A DNA stretch of 64,000 bases. Origin: an uncultured Gemmatimonadales bacterium (GTDB lineage Bacteria > Gemmatimonadota > Gemmatimonadetes > Gemmatimonadales > GWC2-71-9). The stretch's first letter is position 1, and each line of letters begins with the position of its first letter. Under the pieces are notes generated by a model. It saw nothing but the letters and a program-made list of their open reading frames with translations, was not told where the DNA came from and did not search any database. The position numbers and the translations under genes are program-made. This document shows, piece after piece, positions 20,760 to 29,331 of this stretch. Location of the stretch: NCBI GenBank assembly GCA_963825055.1, contig CAWGSK010000002.1, positions 96,001 through 160,000 on the forward strand. Direction: 5' to 3'.

Positions 20760-20797
20760 AAAAGAAAGGGCTCACAGGCCGGATGGCTGTGAGCCCT
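20760..20797 (-). terminator. Intrinsic terminator after erpA
   Basis: 11-bp stem AGGGCTCACAG/CTGTGAGCCCT followed by TTCTTTT on the minus strand. Confidence 0.8.
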
Positions 20798-20815
20798 GAT
20801 CGCCGCAGCGGCCGG

Positions 20816-21184
20816 TCAGGCGGAGAAGCTGCTGCCGCAGCCGCAACCGCCGCTGGAATTCGGGTTGCTGAAGGTGAAGCCGCTGCCCTGCATGGACGAC
20901 GTGTAGTCGATGCTGACGCCGTTCAGGTACTGCGCGCTGAAACCATCCACGAAGACGCGGGTCGAGTTGACCTCGAAGACCATGTCGTCCTCAAGGGGCC
21001 GCTCCTCGATGTTCAGGCTGTACTTGAAGCCGGAGCACCCGCCGGGCAGGACGCTCACGCGCAGTCCGGCGCTCTCGAGCGGAACCTTCTCGGCCTCCAT
21101 GAATTTTGCCACTTCCTCTGCGGCACGGTCGCTGAGTAAAACGGTGACCGGGGCCGCACTGATCCCAGACTCGGTATTGCTCAT
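20816..21184 (-). CDS. erpA: A-type Fe-S carrier (HesB/IscA/ErpA family)
   Basis: GGCSGFKY and CGCGSSF motifs; ATG at 21184 with GAGG RBS. Confidence 0.9.
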   Translation of the reverse strand: MSNTESGISAAPVTVLLSDRAAEEVAKFMEAEKVPLESAGLRVSVLPGGCSGFKYSLNIEERPLEDDMVFEVNSTRVFVDGFSAQYLNGVSIDYTSSMQGSGFTFSNPNSSGGCGCGSSFSA

Positions 21185-21252
21185 GTATATCCTCCCCACC
21201 CGGCCGGCCAGTGCCGGGCACCTTGGTAAACTGTTGCCAGACTTCAGGTTCA

Positions 21253-21281
21253 AACGTACCGGCCACCCCGGGCGGTGTCAA
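21253..21281 (-). promoter_or_regulatory. sigma70 promoter of erpA
   Basis: TTGACA-N17-TACGTT on the minus strand. Confidence 0.65.
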
Positions 21282-21307
21282 CGTCGCCGGCGGAGCCGCC
21301 CGGCAAG

Positions 21308-22507
21308 TTAACCACCGGGCGCCCCGTCGTGTTCCCGGGGCCGGATCCCGGGGAACAGGGCCTGCAAGACACGGTCCGCAACCCCCCGGCGGAGGTCATG
21401 GATCCCCCGCCGCTCCCGGGAAGGGTGGACCCTGTTGGTCAGGAGCACGATCACCACGCTGCGGGTGGGGTCGATCCAGATGGAGGTGCCGGTGAAGCCG
21501 GTATGGCCGAAGCTGACCGGCGCGATGTATTCCCCGCCGCTGCTCTGGCCCGAGGGCGTGTCCCATCCCAGGGCCCGGCTCGAGCCCGGCGGCAGGTTCT
21601 GCCGCTGGATGAACTGCGCCAGGCGGGCCGGCGGACGCACGCCCCAGGCTCGTCCGCCGGCGCTGTCGTCCAGCGCGGCGAGCAGCCATTCGCCGAAGGT
21701 GAGCAGGTCGGGAACGTCGCTGAAGAGGCCCGCGTGTCCCGAGACCCCGCCCAGGCGCGACGCGTTCTCGTCATGCACCTCGCCCCGGAGGACGTACCCT
21801 CTCCACGGATCATCCTCCGTGGGGGCAATCCGGTCGCGCCAGTCGGCCGGCGGGAGGTATCGGGTGCTGTGGAGCCCGAGAGGGCGCGCCACTCGCGTGG
21901 CAAAGAGCGTGTCGATGCGGTGGCCGGCCACCGCCTCCACCGCCTGCGTCAGCACCATCGCGCCGAGGTCCGAGTATTCGTATCGCGCCCCGGGCACGGT
22001 GTCGAGCGGGGTCGTATCCGCCAGGGCGATGGCTGCCTGCCGGGTCATCGCCTCCTGGTAGAGCGGGCGCCACGCCCGGAGGCCACTCGTGTGGGTGAGC
22101 AGGTGACGGATGGTGACCTCCTCGTGGCCGGGCATCGCGAACGCCGGTACGTACCGCGTGACCGGTGCGTCGAGCGCCAGGCGCCCTTCCTCAACCAGCT
22201 GCATGGTGACCGTCGTGAGTGCCACCACCTTGGTGAGGCTTGCCAGGTCATACACCGTCGAACTGTCGGGGCGGGTGGAATCGTCCTGCCCCATGACCCC
22301 GGTGCCGTAGATGAACCGGCCGCCGGGCCAGCTGACACCGAGCACCGCACCCGGTGCCGCGCCGGCCAGCACAGTCGTGTCCATGAAGATCCGGACCGGA
22401 TCCCAGCGGTCGAGACGGCCGGGATCTATCGAAGGGATGGGTGCGACCGCGGGACGCGGCGCGCACGCCGTGCCCAGGAGGGTGACGAACATGGCGGTGC
22501 GGTTCAC
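21308..22507 (-). CDS. Beta-lactamase-family serine hydrolase lipoprotein (AmiE-like)
   Basis: DLASLTK (SxxK), LLTHTSG, YSDLG and GHTGFTGT motifs; LLGTAC lipobox; GTGA overlap with nagZ. Confidence 0.87.
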   Translation of the reverse strand: MNRTAMFVTLLGTACAPRPAVAPIPSIDPGRLDRWDPVRIFMDTTVLAGAAPGAVLGVSWPGGRFIYGTGVMGQDDSTRPDSSTVYDLASLTKVVALTTVTMQLVEEGRLALDAPVTRYVPAFAMPGHEEVTIRHLLTHTSGLRAWRPLYQEAMTRQAAIALADTTPLDTVPGARYEYSDLGAMVLTQAVEAVAGHRIDTLFATRVARPLGLHSTRYLPPADWRDRIAPTEDDPWRGYVLRGEVHDENASRLGGVSGHAGLFSDVPDLLTFGEWLLAALDDSAGGRAWGVRPPARLAQFIQRQNLPPGSSRALGWDTPSGQSSGGEYIAPVSFGHTGFTGTSIWIDPTRSVVIVLLTNRVHPSRERRGIHDLRRGVADRVLQALFPGIRPREHDGAPGG

Positions 22508-24246
22508 GGCGCCTCCTTCTGTACGCCGGTCCCCACGGGGAAGCGCGGCGGGATCGAAGCGGGCAGCCGGCCCGTGATCGGGGCGGTGCCGGTCAGCGCA
22601 TCGGCCACGGCCCGTTCGCTCTCGGGCCGGGCCGCCCAGCCCAGCATGTACGCCCAGGCTCCAGGCGCCTGCCGGATCACGTATGGGCTTCCGAACGAGA
22701 GCAGCACGGTCGGCATGTGCAGTGCGGTGGAGTCCACCAGGGCGGCGATCTCCAGGGGAAGGTCGATGGTGCCGGACCATGCACTTGCCCTGACACTCGT
22801 CGCGAAGACCGCGGTTCCCCCGCTGTCCAGGACGGCGCGCGCCGAGTCATAACTTGCCGGTCCGCTCGCGGGATACAGCCGGAAGACGCGCACGGTGTCA
22901 CCGCGGGCCCGAAGACGGGCGGCGAGCACCGCGCCGACGTCGTCACCCAGTGTGACCAGCGCCACGCGCCCGGGTCCGGTGCGCATGCGGTCGACCACGC
23001 CACCACTGTCCTTGACCAGCACGATTGAGCGACTCGTAATGGTGCGCGCCACCGCCTGGAACTCCGCGCTGCCGACCACCAGTGGGATGCTGTCCAGCGG
23101 CACCTCCCGGTGGGCATACAGTCCGAGGCGCTCCTTGATCGCGAGCAACCGGCGGACGGAAGCATTGAGCCGGTCCTCGGTGACGCGTCCGCTCCGCACG
23201 GCCGCCGCGACGGCATCGATTGCCGCCGCCGGGTCGGCCGGCTGGAGCAGCAGGTCCGCGCCGGCGATCAGGGCGCGTACGGCCGCCTCACCGGGGCCGT
23301 AGGTGGCGACAAGTGCGCCCATGTCGAGCGCGTCGGTCACGATGAGGCCGTGGAAGCCGAGCGAGTCCCGGAGAATGCCGGTCAGGATCTCGGGCGAAAG
23401 CGTGGCCGGCACCGTCTCCCCGTGCTGGAGACCGGGAAGCGCGATGTGCGCCGTCATCACCGCGTCCACGCCCGCATCAATCGCGGCGCGGAAAGGAACC
23501 AGCTCGAGCGTGTCGAGACGGCTCCAGGGAACGGTGATCACCGGCAGCGCGATATGGCTGTCGGTGCCGGTGTCACCGTGCCCGGGGAAGTGCTTGGCCG
23601 TGGCCATCAGCCCGTGCTCGCGCATACCGCGGATCTCCTCCGCCACGAGACGGGCCACCCGGACGGGGTCCTCGCCGAAGGAGCGCGTGTTGATGATCGG
23701 GTTCGCAGGGTTGTTGTTGACGTCCGCGACGGGGGCGAACGCGAGATGAATGCCGACCGCGCGACCCTCGAGCGCGGTGATGCGGCCCATCTCATACGCG
23801 TCCCGGTCGCGCCCGGTCGCGGCCACCCCCATATTGGTCGGGAATGCCGTTCCGCCGCGGAACCGGATCGCGGTGCCGGCCTCGAGATCGGAGGCGATGA
23901 GCAGTGGCAGCCAGGACCGCTGCTGCAGCCGGTTCAGCTTGGCGGCCTCGTCCAGCGGTGAGCCCACCGAGATGATGATGCCGCCCACGTGCAGGGAATC
24001 CACCCAGCGCCGCGCGGTCATGAACGCGGAGTCGTCGAAGGCCGCATACGTTCCCGCCAGCCAGGGCATGACGAGCTGGGCGGCCCGGTCGTGGAGGGAC
24101 ATCCGGGCCAGCAGCACGTCGGGATCGGGTGCCGTCGTCACCGGAACGTCCATCGGGTAGACCGGCCCGGACGGGGCGGGGGCGTGGACGGCGGGAGCGC
24201 AGGCGGCGGCACCCAGGATCAGGAGACAGGGTCGGAGATGATGCAA
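22504..24246 (-). CDS. nagZ: GH3 beta-N-acetylglucosaminidase lipoprotein
   Basis: KHFPGHGDTGTDSH (NagZ Asp-His dyad motif), APVADV, RSFGEDP and TDALDM; LGAAAC lipobox requires a start at TTG 24246. Confidence 0.88.
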   Translation of the reverse strand: MHHLRPCLLILGAAACAPAVHAPAPSGPVYPMDVPVTTAPDPDVLLARMSLHDRAAQLVMPWLAGTYAAFDDSAFMTARRWVDSLHVGGIIISVGSPLDEAAKLNRLQQRSWLPLLIASDLEAGTAIRFRGGTAFPTNMGVAATGRDRDAYEMGRITALEGRAVGIHLAFAPVADVNNNPANPIINTRSFGEDPVRVARLVAEEIRGMREHGLMATAKHFPGHGDTGTDSHIALPVITVPWSRLDTLELVPFRAAIDAGVDAVMTAHIALPGLQHGETVPATLSPEILTGILRDSLGFHGLIVTDALDMGALVATYGPGEAAVRALIAGADLLLQPADPAAAIDAVAAAVRSGRVTEDRLNASVRRLLAIKERLGLYAHREVPLDSIPLVVGSAEFQAVARTITSRSIVLVKDSGGVVDRMRTGPGRVALVTLGDDVGAVLAARLRARGDTVRVFRLYPASGPASYDSARAVLDSGGTAVFATSVRASAWSGTIDLPLEIAALVDSTALHMPTVLLSFGSPYVIRQAPGAWAYMLGWAARPESERAVADALTGTAPITGRLPASIPPRFPVGTGVQKEAP

Positions 24247-25509
24247 CGGGCTCTCGCAGTGGCAGGGGTGGTGGCGGCGGTACTGGCGTGCGCCGGCGGT
24301 GCGCCGGCGCCGGCACCCGTGCGTCCGGGAATCGAGGTGCTGCTTCGCGACAGCATGGCCCTCGTGCGGGACCGGCGCGTCGGGCTGGTCAGCAACATGG
24401 GCGGCGTCGATGCCGATGGCGTACACGACGTCGAGCGGCTGCGCTCGGCCGGCGTGTCGCTCGTCGCGCTGTTCAGCCCGGAGCACGGCTTCCGCGGCAC
24501 AGCGCGTCCCGGCGAGGCGGTCGCCTCCAGCGTGGATTCGGCCACCGGACTTCCAATCTACAGCCTTTACGGCGCCACGCGGATGCCCGCGCCCGAGGTG
24601 CTCGAGGGGCTCGACGTCATCCTGGTGGACCTGCCGGACGTCGGCGCGCGGTACTTCACGTACCTGGCCACGACGGTGGATGTCATGCGGGCCGCCGCAG
24701 GGCGGGGAATTCCCGTCGTGGTGCTGGACCGCCCCGACCCCGTCGGCGGGCTGGTACAGGGCAACGTACTCGACACATCGTGGCGCTCGGCCGTGGGCCT
24801 GCTCGCCATGCCGATGCGCCACGGACTCACGCTGGGAGAACTGGCCCGGCTGGCCCGGCATGACCTCGGCCTGACGGCCGAACTGCACGTAGTTCCCGTC
24901 ACCGGCTGGGAGCGCGGGGATGCCCTCGACCGGACGGGACTTCCGTTCGTCCGGCCGAGTCCGAACCTCCAGTCGCTGGAGAGCCTCTTCCACTATCCCG
25001 GTACCTGCCTGTTCGAGGGTACCAACCTCTCGGTGGGGCGCGGGACGGACGCCGCCTTCTCCCAGGTGGGCGCGCCGTGGCTCGATACTGCCCGGGTCCT
25101 GGCGCGCCTGCGTGAGGAGAGACTCCCGGGGGTGCGCTTCGAATCGGTACGCTTTACCCCGCGCGACCCCGGGGACGGCAAGTACGCGGACACTCTGCTG
25201 GCCGGGATCCGGCTCCACGTGACCGACCGCGCGTCGTATGACGCGCCCGCGGCCGCGGTGCACCTTCTCGCCGCCATCATCGCCGTGCACGGGAACGGGA
25301 CGGGAAACGGGCCCTTCGCGTGGGGGCCGAGCTTTACCCGGCTGGCCGGGGACACATCGCTCCAGGCGGCGCTGACCCGGGGCGCCCCGGCCGGGGAGGC
25401 CATGGCGGGCTGGTCGGGGCAGCGGGAACGGTTCCTCGAACGGACCCGGGATATCCTGCTCTACCCACGGCATGAGACAGGTCACGGACAGGTTTCGCCC
25501 GCCGACTAA
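24238..25509 (+). CDS. namZ: DUF1343 / NamZ exo-beta-N-acetylmuramidase lipoprotein
   Basis: LFSPEHGFRG, YSLYG, DVGARYFTY, LDRPDP, RHGLTLGELA, PSPNL and SVGRGT motifs; VLAC lipobox. Confidence 0.88.
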   Translation: MMQRALAVAGVVAAVLACAGGAPAPAPVRPGIEVLLRDSMALVRDRRVGLVSNMGGVDADGVHDVERLRSAGVSLVALFSPEHGFRGTARPGEAVASSVDSATGLPIYSLYGATRMPAPEVLEGLDVILVDLPDVGARYFTYLATTVDVMRAAAGRGIPVVVLDRPDPVGGLVQGNVLDTSWRSAVGLLAMPMRHGLTLGELARLARHDLGLTAELHVVPVTGWERGDALDRTGLPFVRPSPNLQSLESLFHYPGTCLFEGTNLSVGRGTDAAFSQVGAPWLDTARVLARLREERLPGVRFESVRFTPRDPGDGKYADTLLAGIRLHVTDRASYDAPAAAVHLLAAIIAVHGNGTGNGPFAWGPSFTRLAGDTSLQAALTRGAPAGEAMAGWSGQRERFLERTRDILLYPRHETGHGQVSPAD

Positions 25510-25659
25510 TCTTCAGGTATGGACCGCGCAAACCATGTTCCGGCGCCGGGTCGGCTGATTGCCCCAACCCGTTCCCTCCGTTATCCTTTCGCGGCGTTGC
25601 GCCGGGGGCCGGAGGGCCCCGGGCGCGGCGTTCGCGTTACCACCAGGAGGGCCCTCGGA

Positions 25660-26340
25660 GTGAAATTGCTGCCCCCTGCGGTCGAACGGGTGTTCTACGC
25701 GGCGATCCGCCCCTTCGTGGAGCGGCTGCTCCGGAGCGGCATCCGCCCCAACACCATCACGACCGTAGGGACCCTGCTCGTCCTGGTGTCTGCCGGGGCG
25801 TATGGGGCCGGCTGGATTCGGGTGGGCGGGCTGTTTCTCCTCCTGAGCGGCCTGGTGGACACGCTCGACGGGCAGGTTGCCCGGCGCGGGGGCATGGTGA
25901 GCAAGTTCGGCGCCTTCTATGACTCCACCCTGGACCGGGTGGGCGACGGCGCCACCTTCATCGGCATTGCCACCTATCTCCTGCTGGCGCCCGACGTGGC
26001 CTGGCGGACCATCGCGGTGGTGGTGTGCATGGTGGCCATCCTCGCATCGCTGCTCGTGTCATACGCCCGGGCGCGGGCCGAGGGTCTCGGCCTCGACTGC
26101 AAGGTGGGCATCGCGCAGCGCGCCGAGCGCATCGTCGGGCTGGGTGGTGCCTCCCTGCTGGTCGGGGCAGGTCCGCACGCGCTGGTGCTCGAGGTGATCG
26201 TGGGGCTGCTGGCGCTCGCGTCGATTATCACGGTCGTGCAGCGGTTCCAGTACGTTCATCAGCATACGAACGGCGCGCAGGCGCCGGTCAGCGCCCCGGC
26301 GGAGCCGGCGGCACTGGATACTCTCGCGAAAGGATCGTAG
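25660..26340 (+). CDS. CDP-alcohol phosphatidyltransferase (phosphatidylinositol-phosphate synthase-like)
   Basis: DTLDGQVAR...GAFYDSTLD signature; SYARARAE and QRAER motifs; adjacent to ino1. Confidence 0.88.
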   Translation: MKLLPPAVERVFYAAIRPFVERLLRSGIRPNTITTVGTLLVLVSAGAYGAGWIRVGGLFLLLSGLVDTLDGQVARRGGMVSKFGAFYDSTLDRVGDGATFIGIATYLLLAPDVAWRTIAVVVCMVAILASLLVSYARARAEGLGLDCKVGIAQRAERIVGLGGASLLVGAGPHALVLEVIVGLLALASIITVVQRFQYVHQHTNGAQAPVSAPAEPAALDTLAKGS

Positions 26341-26342
26341 CA

Positions 26343-27678
26343 GTGGCGACGTCGTCTTCCCGCAGGATTCCGCCGGCCTCCGGCAAACTCGGCGTACTGT
26401 GTGTCGGACTGGGCGCGGTGTCCTCGACGTTCATCGCGGGTGTCGAGAATACCCGGCGCGGCCTGGCGCAGCCGGTGGGCTCCCTCACCCAGATGGGGAC
26501 CATCCGCCTCGGGAAGCGTACCGAGGGCCGCACGCCGCTGATCCGGGAGTTCGTGCCCCTCGCCGGCCTGGATGACCTCGTCTTCGGCGCCTGGGATCCG
26601 GTCCCGGACGATGCCTATACCTCGTGCCTGGTCGCCGGCGTGCTCGACCGCCACGAGCACGTCGAGCCGATCGCGGACTTCCTCAAGGGCATCAAGCCCA
26701 TGCCCGCCGTCTTCGACCAGCACTACGTCAAGCGCCTCACGGGTACCAACGTCAAACAAGGCAAGACGAAGCGTGACCTGGCGGAAGCCCTCCGCGCGGA
26801 CATCCGGAATTTCAAGGAGCAGAACGGCTGCGACCGCCTGGTGATCGTGTGGTGCGCGTCCACGGAGATCTTCATCTCGCCCGGCCCGACGCACCAGACC
26901 CTGGAGACGTTCGAGAAGGCGATGGACGCGAATGACCCGACCGATCGCCCCCTCAATGCTCTATGCCTATGCCGCGATCATGGAGAACGTGCCGTTCGCG
27001 AACGGTGCCCCGAACCTCTGCTGCGACATCCCGGCGCTGGTGACCCTCGCCGACGAGCGCGGGGTCGCGATCGGCGGGAAGGACTTCAAGACCGGCCAGA
27101 CCATGATCAAGACCGTCCTCTCGCCGATGTTCAAGGCGCGGATGCTCGGCGTGGCCGGCTGGTACAGCACCAACATCCTCGGGAACCGGGACGGCGAGGT
27201 CCTGGACGACCCCGAAAGCTTCAAGACCAAGGAGGAGTCCAAGCTCGGCGTGCTCGAGTACATCCTGCAGCCGAAGCTCTACCCCGACCTCTACGGCAAG
27301 CTCTATCACAAGGTGCGGATCAACTACTATCCGCCGCGCGGGGACAACAAGGAGGGCTGGGACAACATCGACATTTTCGGATGGCTCGGGTATCCCATGC
27401 AGATCAAGGTGGATTTCCTCTGCCGCGACTCCATCCTGGCCGCGCCGCTCGTGCTGGACCTCGCCATCTTCTTCGACCTGGCCCAGCGCGCCGGCATGAA
27501 GGGCGTCCAGGAGTGGCTCAGCTTCTACTTCAAGAGCCCGCAGACGGCCCCGGGGCTCTACCCCGAGCATGACCTCTTCATCCAGCTCACCAAGCTCAAG
27601 AACACGCTGCGCTGGTTGATGGGCGAGGAGCAGATCACGCACCTCGGCCGGGAGTACTATGAGGAAGAGGGAGCCTGA
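26343..27678 (+). CDS. ino1: myo-Inositol-1-phosphate synthase, with a +1 frameshift at about 26941
   Basis: GLGAVSST, WCASTE, GKDFKTGQT, NILGNRDG, GDNKEGWD and CRDSILAAP motifs split across two frames; removing one C gives ...ANDPTIAPSMLY. Confidence 0.9.
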
Positions 27679-27681
27679 GCG

Positions 27682-27972
27682 ATGAAATACTTCCATCGCA
27701 CCTCGGCGCCGCCCGAGGCGGTGGTCGAGCGGGCCTCGAGCTGGTTCGGGGCCCGGCTCGGGCCGGCGGACGAGTCGTCCCGCCGGCGGGCGTTTTCCGG
27801 AAGCCTCGGCCGGGTCAGCGTGGACGTGCAGGCCGAGGGCGGCCACTACACCCTGGTCACCGTGGTGACGGACCAGCCGGGAGAGAGTGAACTCGACAAG
27901 CTCGCCAAGCGCTTCCTGGCCGAGGTACATACCCTGGCCCATCCGCGCCACGAGGTCCGTGGCGCCTACTGA
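27682..27972 (+). CDS. Hypothetical protein
   Basis: Tightly packed ORF in the operon with protein-like composition. Confidence 0.65.
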   Translation: MKYFHRTSAPPEAVVERASSWFGARLGPADESSRRRAFSGSLGRVSVDVQAEGGHYTLVTVVTDQPGESELDKLAKRFLAEVHTLAHPRHEVRGAY

Positions 27973-27981
27973 GTTGTCCTG

Positions 27982-28197
27982 ATGGCCCATCTTCGCATCA
28001 ACATCGGCGGCATGACCGGCGTCCCCTGCCAGCAGCGGATCGAGGACCAGGTCCGCGAACTGCGCGGGGTACATGCCGTGGTGATCTGCCTCGAGCGCGG
28101 TCACGCCGATGTCGAATACGCGGACGAATTCGTGGGCCCCGAGCGGATCCTCGCCGCCATCGAGGGCGCCGGCTACGCTGCCCGCCTCGGCGGCTGA
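27982..28197 (+). CDS. Heavy-metal-associated (HMA/CopZ-like) domain protein with a degenerate CxxC
   Basis: IGGMTGVPCQQRIE...AIEGAGY pattern. Confidence 0.75.
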   Translation: MAHLRINIGGMTGVPCQQRIEDQVRELRGVHAVVICLERGHADVEYADEFVGPERILAAIEGAGYAARLGG

Positions 28198-28275
28198 GCC
28201 GCCGTTGCTCCGCTTGATTTCCCACCCCGCCACGCCGATCTTTCGCCGCCTTCTTCCAGGACCTTCCTGAACCGC

Positions 28276-29331
28276 ATGACGTCCCGATCCACAATGACCG
28301 CCGCGCCGCCCGCGCCCCCTGCCGGCCTGTCGCGGGAGCAACTGCACGAGCTCTACTACTACATGCGCCTGACCCGCTCGCTCGAGGAGCGCCTGGTCAA
28401 CCTCTACCGCCAGACGAAGGTCATCGGCGGGCTTTTCCGCTCCCTGGGCCAGGAGGCGGAGAGCGTGGGAAGCGCCTATGCGCTGGACCGGGCGCGCGGC
28501 GACTTTCTCTCGCCCCTGATCCGGAACATGGGCAGCATGCTGGTGCAGGGCGCCCGGCCGCTCGAGATCCTGCGCCAGTACATGGCGAAGGCCGGGAGCC
28601 CTACCCGCGGTCGCGAGCTCAACATCCACTTCGGCGATCTCGATCGGGGGTTCATCGGCCAGATCTCGCACCTGGGAGACATGGTGCCGGTGATGGCCGG
28701 GGTGGCCCTGAGCTTCCGGATGCGGAAAGAGCCGCGGGTCTGCCTGGTCTACATCGGCGACGGCGGGATGAGCACCGGGGCGTTCCATGAGGGGATCAAC
28801 TTCGCCGCCGTCCAGCAGCTGCCGGTCGTCATCGTCTGCGAGAACAACGGGTATGCGTTCTCGACGCCCACCCACCTCCAGACCCGGGCGGCTCGCCTCG
28901 TGGACAAGGCGCCGGGCTACGGCATCCCGGGCGTGCGGGCCGACGGTAACGATGTGCTGGCGGCATACGCCGCGACGCGTGAGGCGGTCGACCGCGCCAG
29001 GGCGGGCGGGGGACCGACACTGATCGAGTTCCTCACGTATCGACGGAAGGGACACGCCGAGCACGACAACCAGAGCTACGTGCCGGCGGAGGAGCTGGAG
29101 TCGTGGGCCGCCCGGGACCCGCTCGACCGCTACCACCGCGAACTGGTGGAGGCCGGATGGGCCACCACCGCGGGGCTGGAGGCGATCGACGCCAGGGTGG
29201 ACGCGGAGCTGGCGGAGGCCGTGGCCTCCTGCGAGGATGAACCGATGCCCGACACGGATACCGCGCTCGACGGGGTCTATGCCAACCCTGCGCGACTGGA
29301 CACGGACTGGTTCCGGAGGCTCCATGGCTGA
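28276..29331 (+). CDS. 2-oxoacid dehydrogenase E1 alpha subunit
   Basis: GQEA, GDGG...NN TPP-binding motif, DGND and TYRRKGH. Confidence 0.93.
   Translation: MTSRSTMTAAPPAPPAGLSREQLHELYYYMRLTRSLEERLVNLYRQTKVIGGLFRSLGQEAESVGSAYALDRARGDFLSPLIRNMGSMLVQGARPLEILRQYMAKAGSPTRGRELNIHFGDLDRGFIGQISHLGDMVPVMAGVALSFRMRKEPRVCLVYIGDGGMSTGAFHEGINFAAVQQLPVVIVCENNGYAFSTPTHLQTRAARLVDKAPGYGIPGVRADGNDVLAAYAATREAVDRARAGGGPTLIEFLTYRRKGHAEHDNQSYVPAEELESWAARDPLDRYHRELVEAGWATTAGLEAIDARVDAELAEAVASCEDEPMPDTDTALDGVYANPARLDTDWFRRLHG

Noticed and set aside
24247..25485. 993-aa GH3 ORF as given in the track
   Set aside because: The N-terminal 413 aa are the antisense shadow of namZ; the signal peptide begins near 24246
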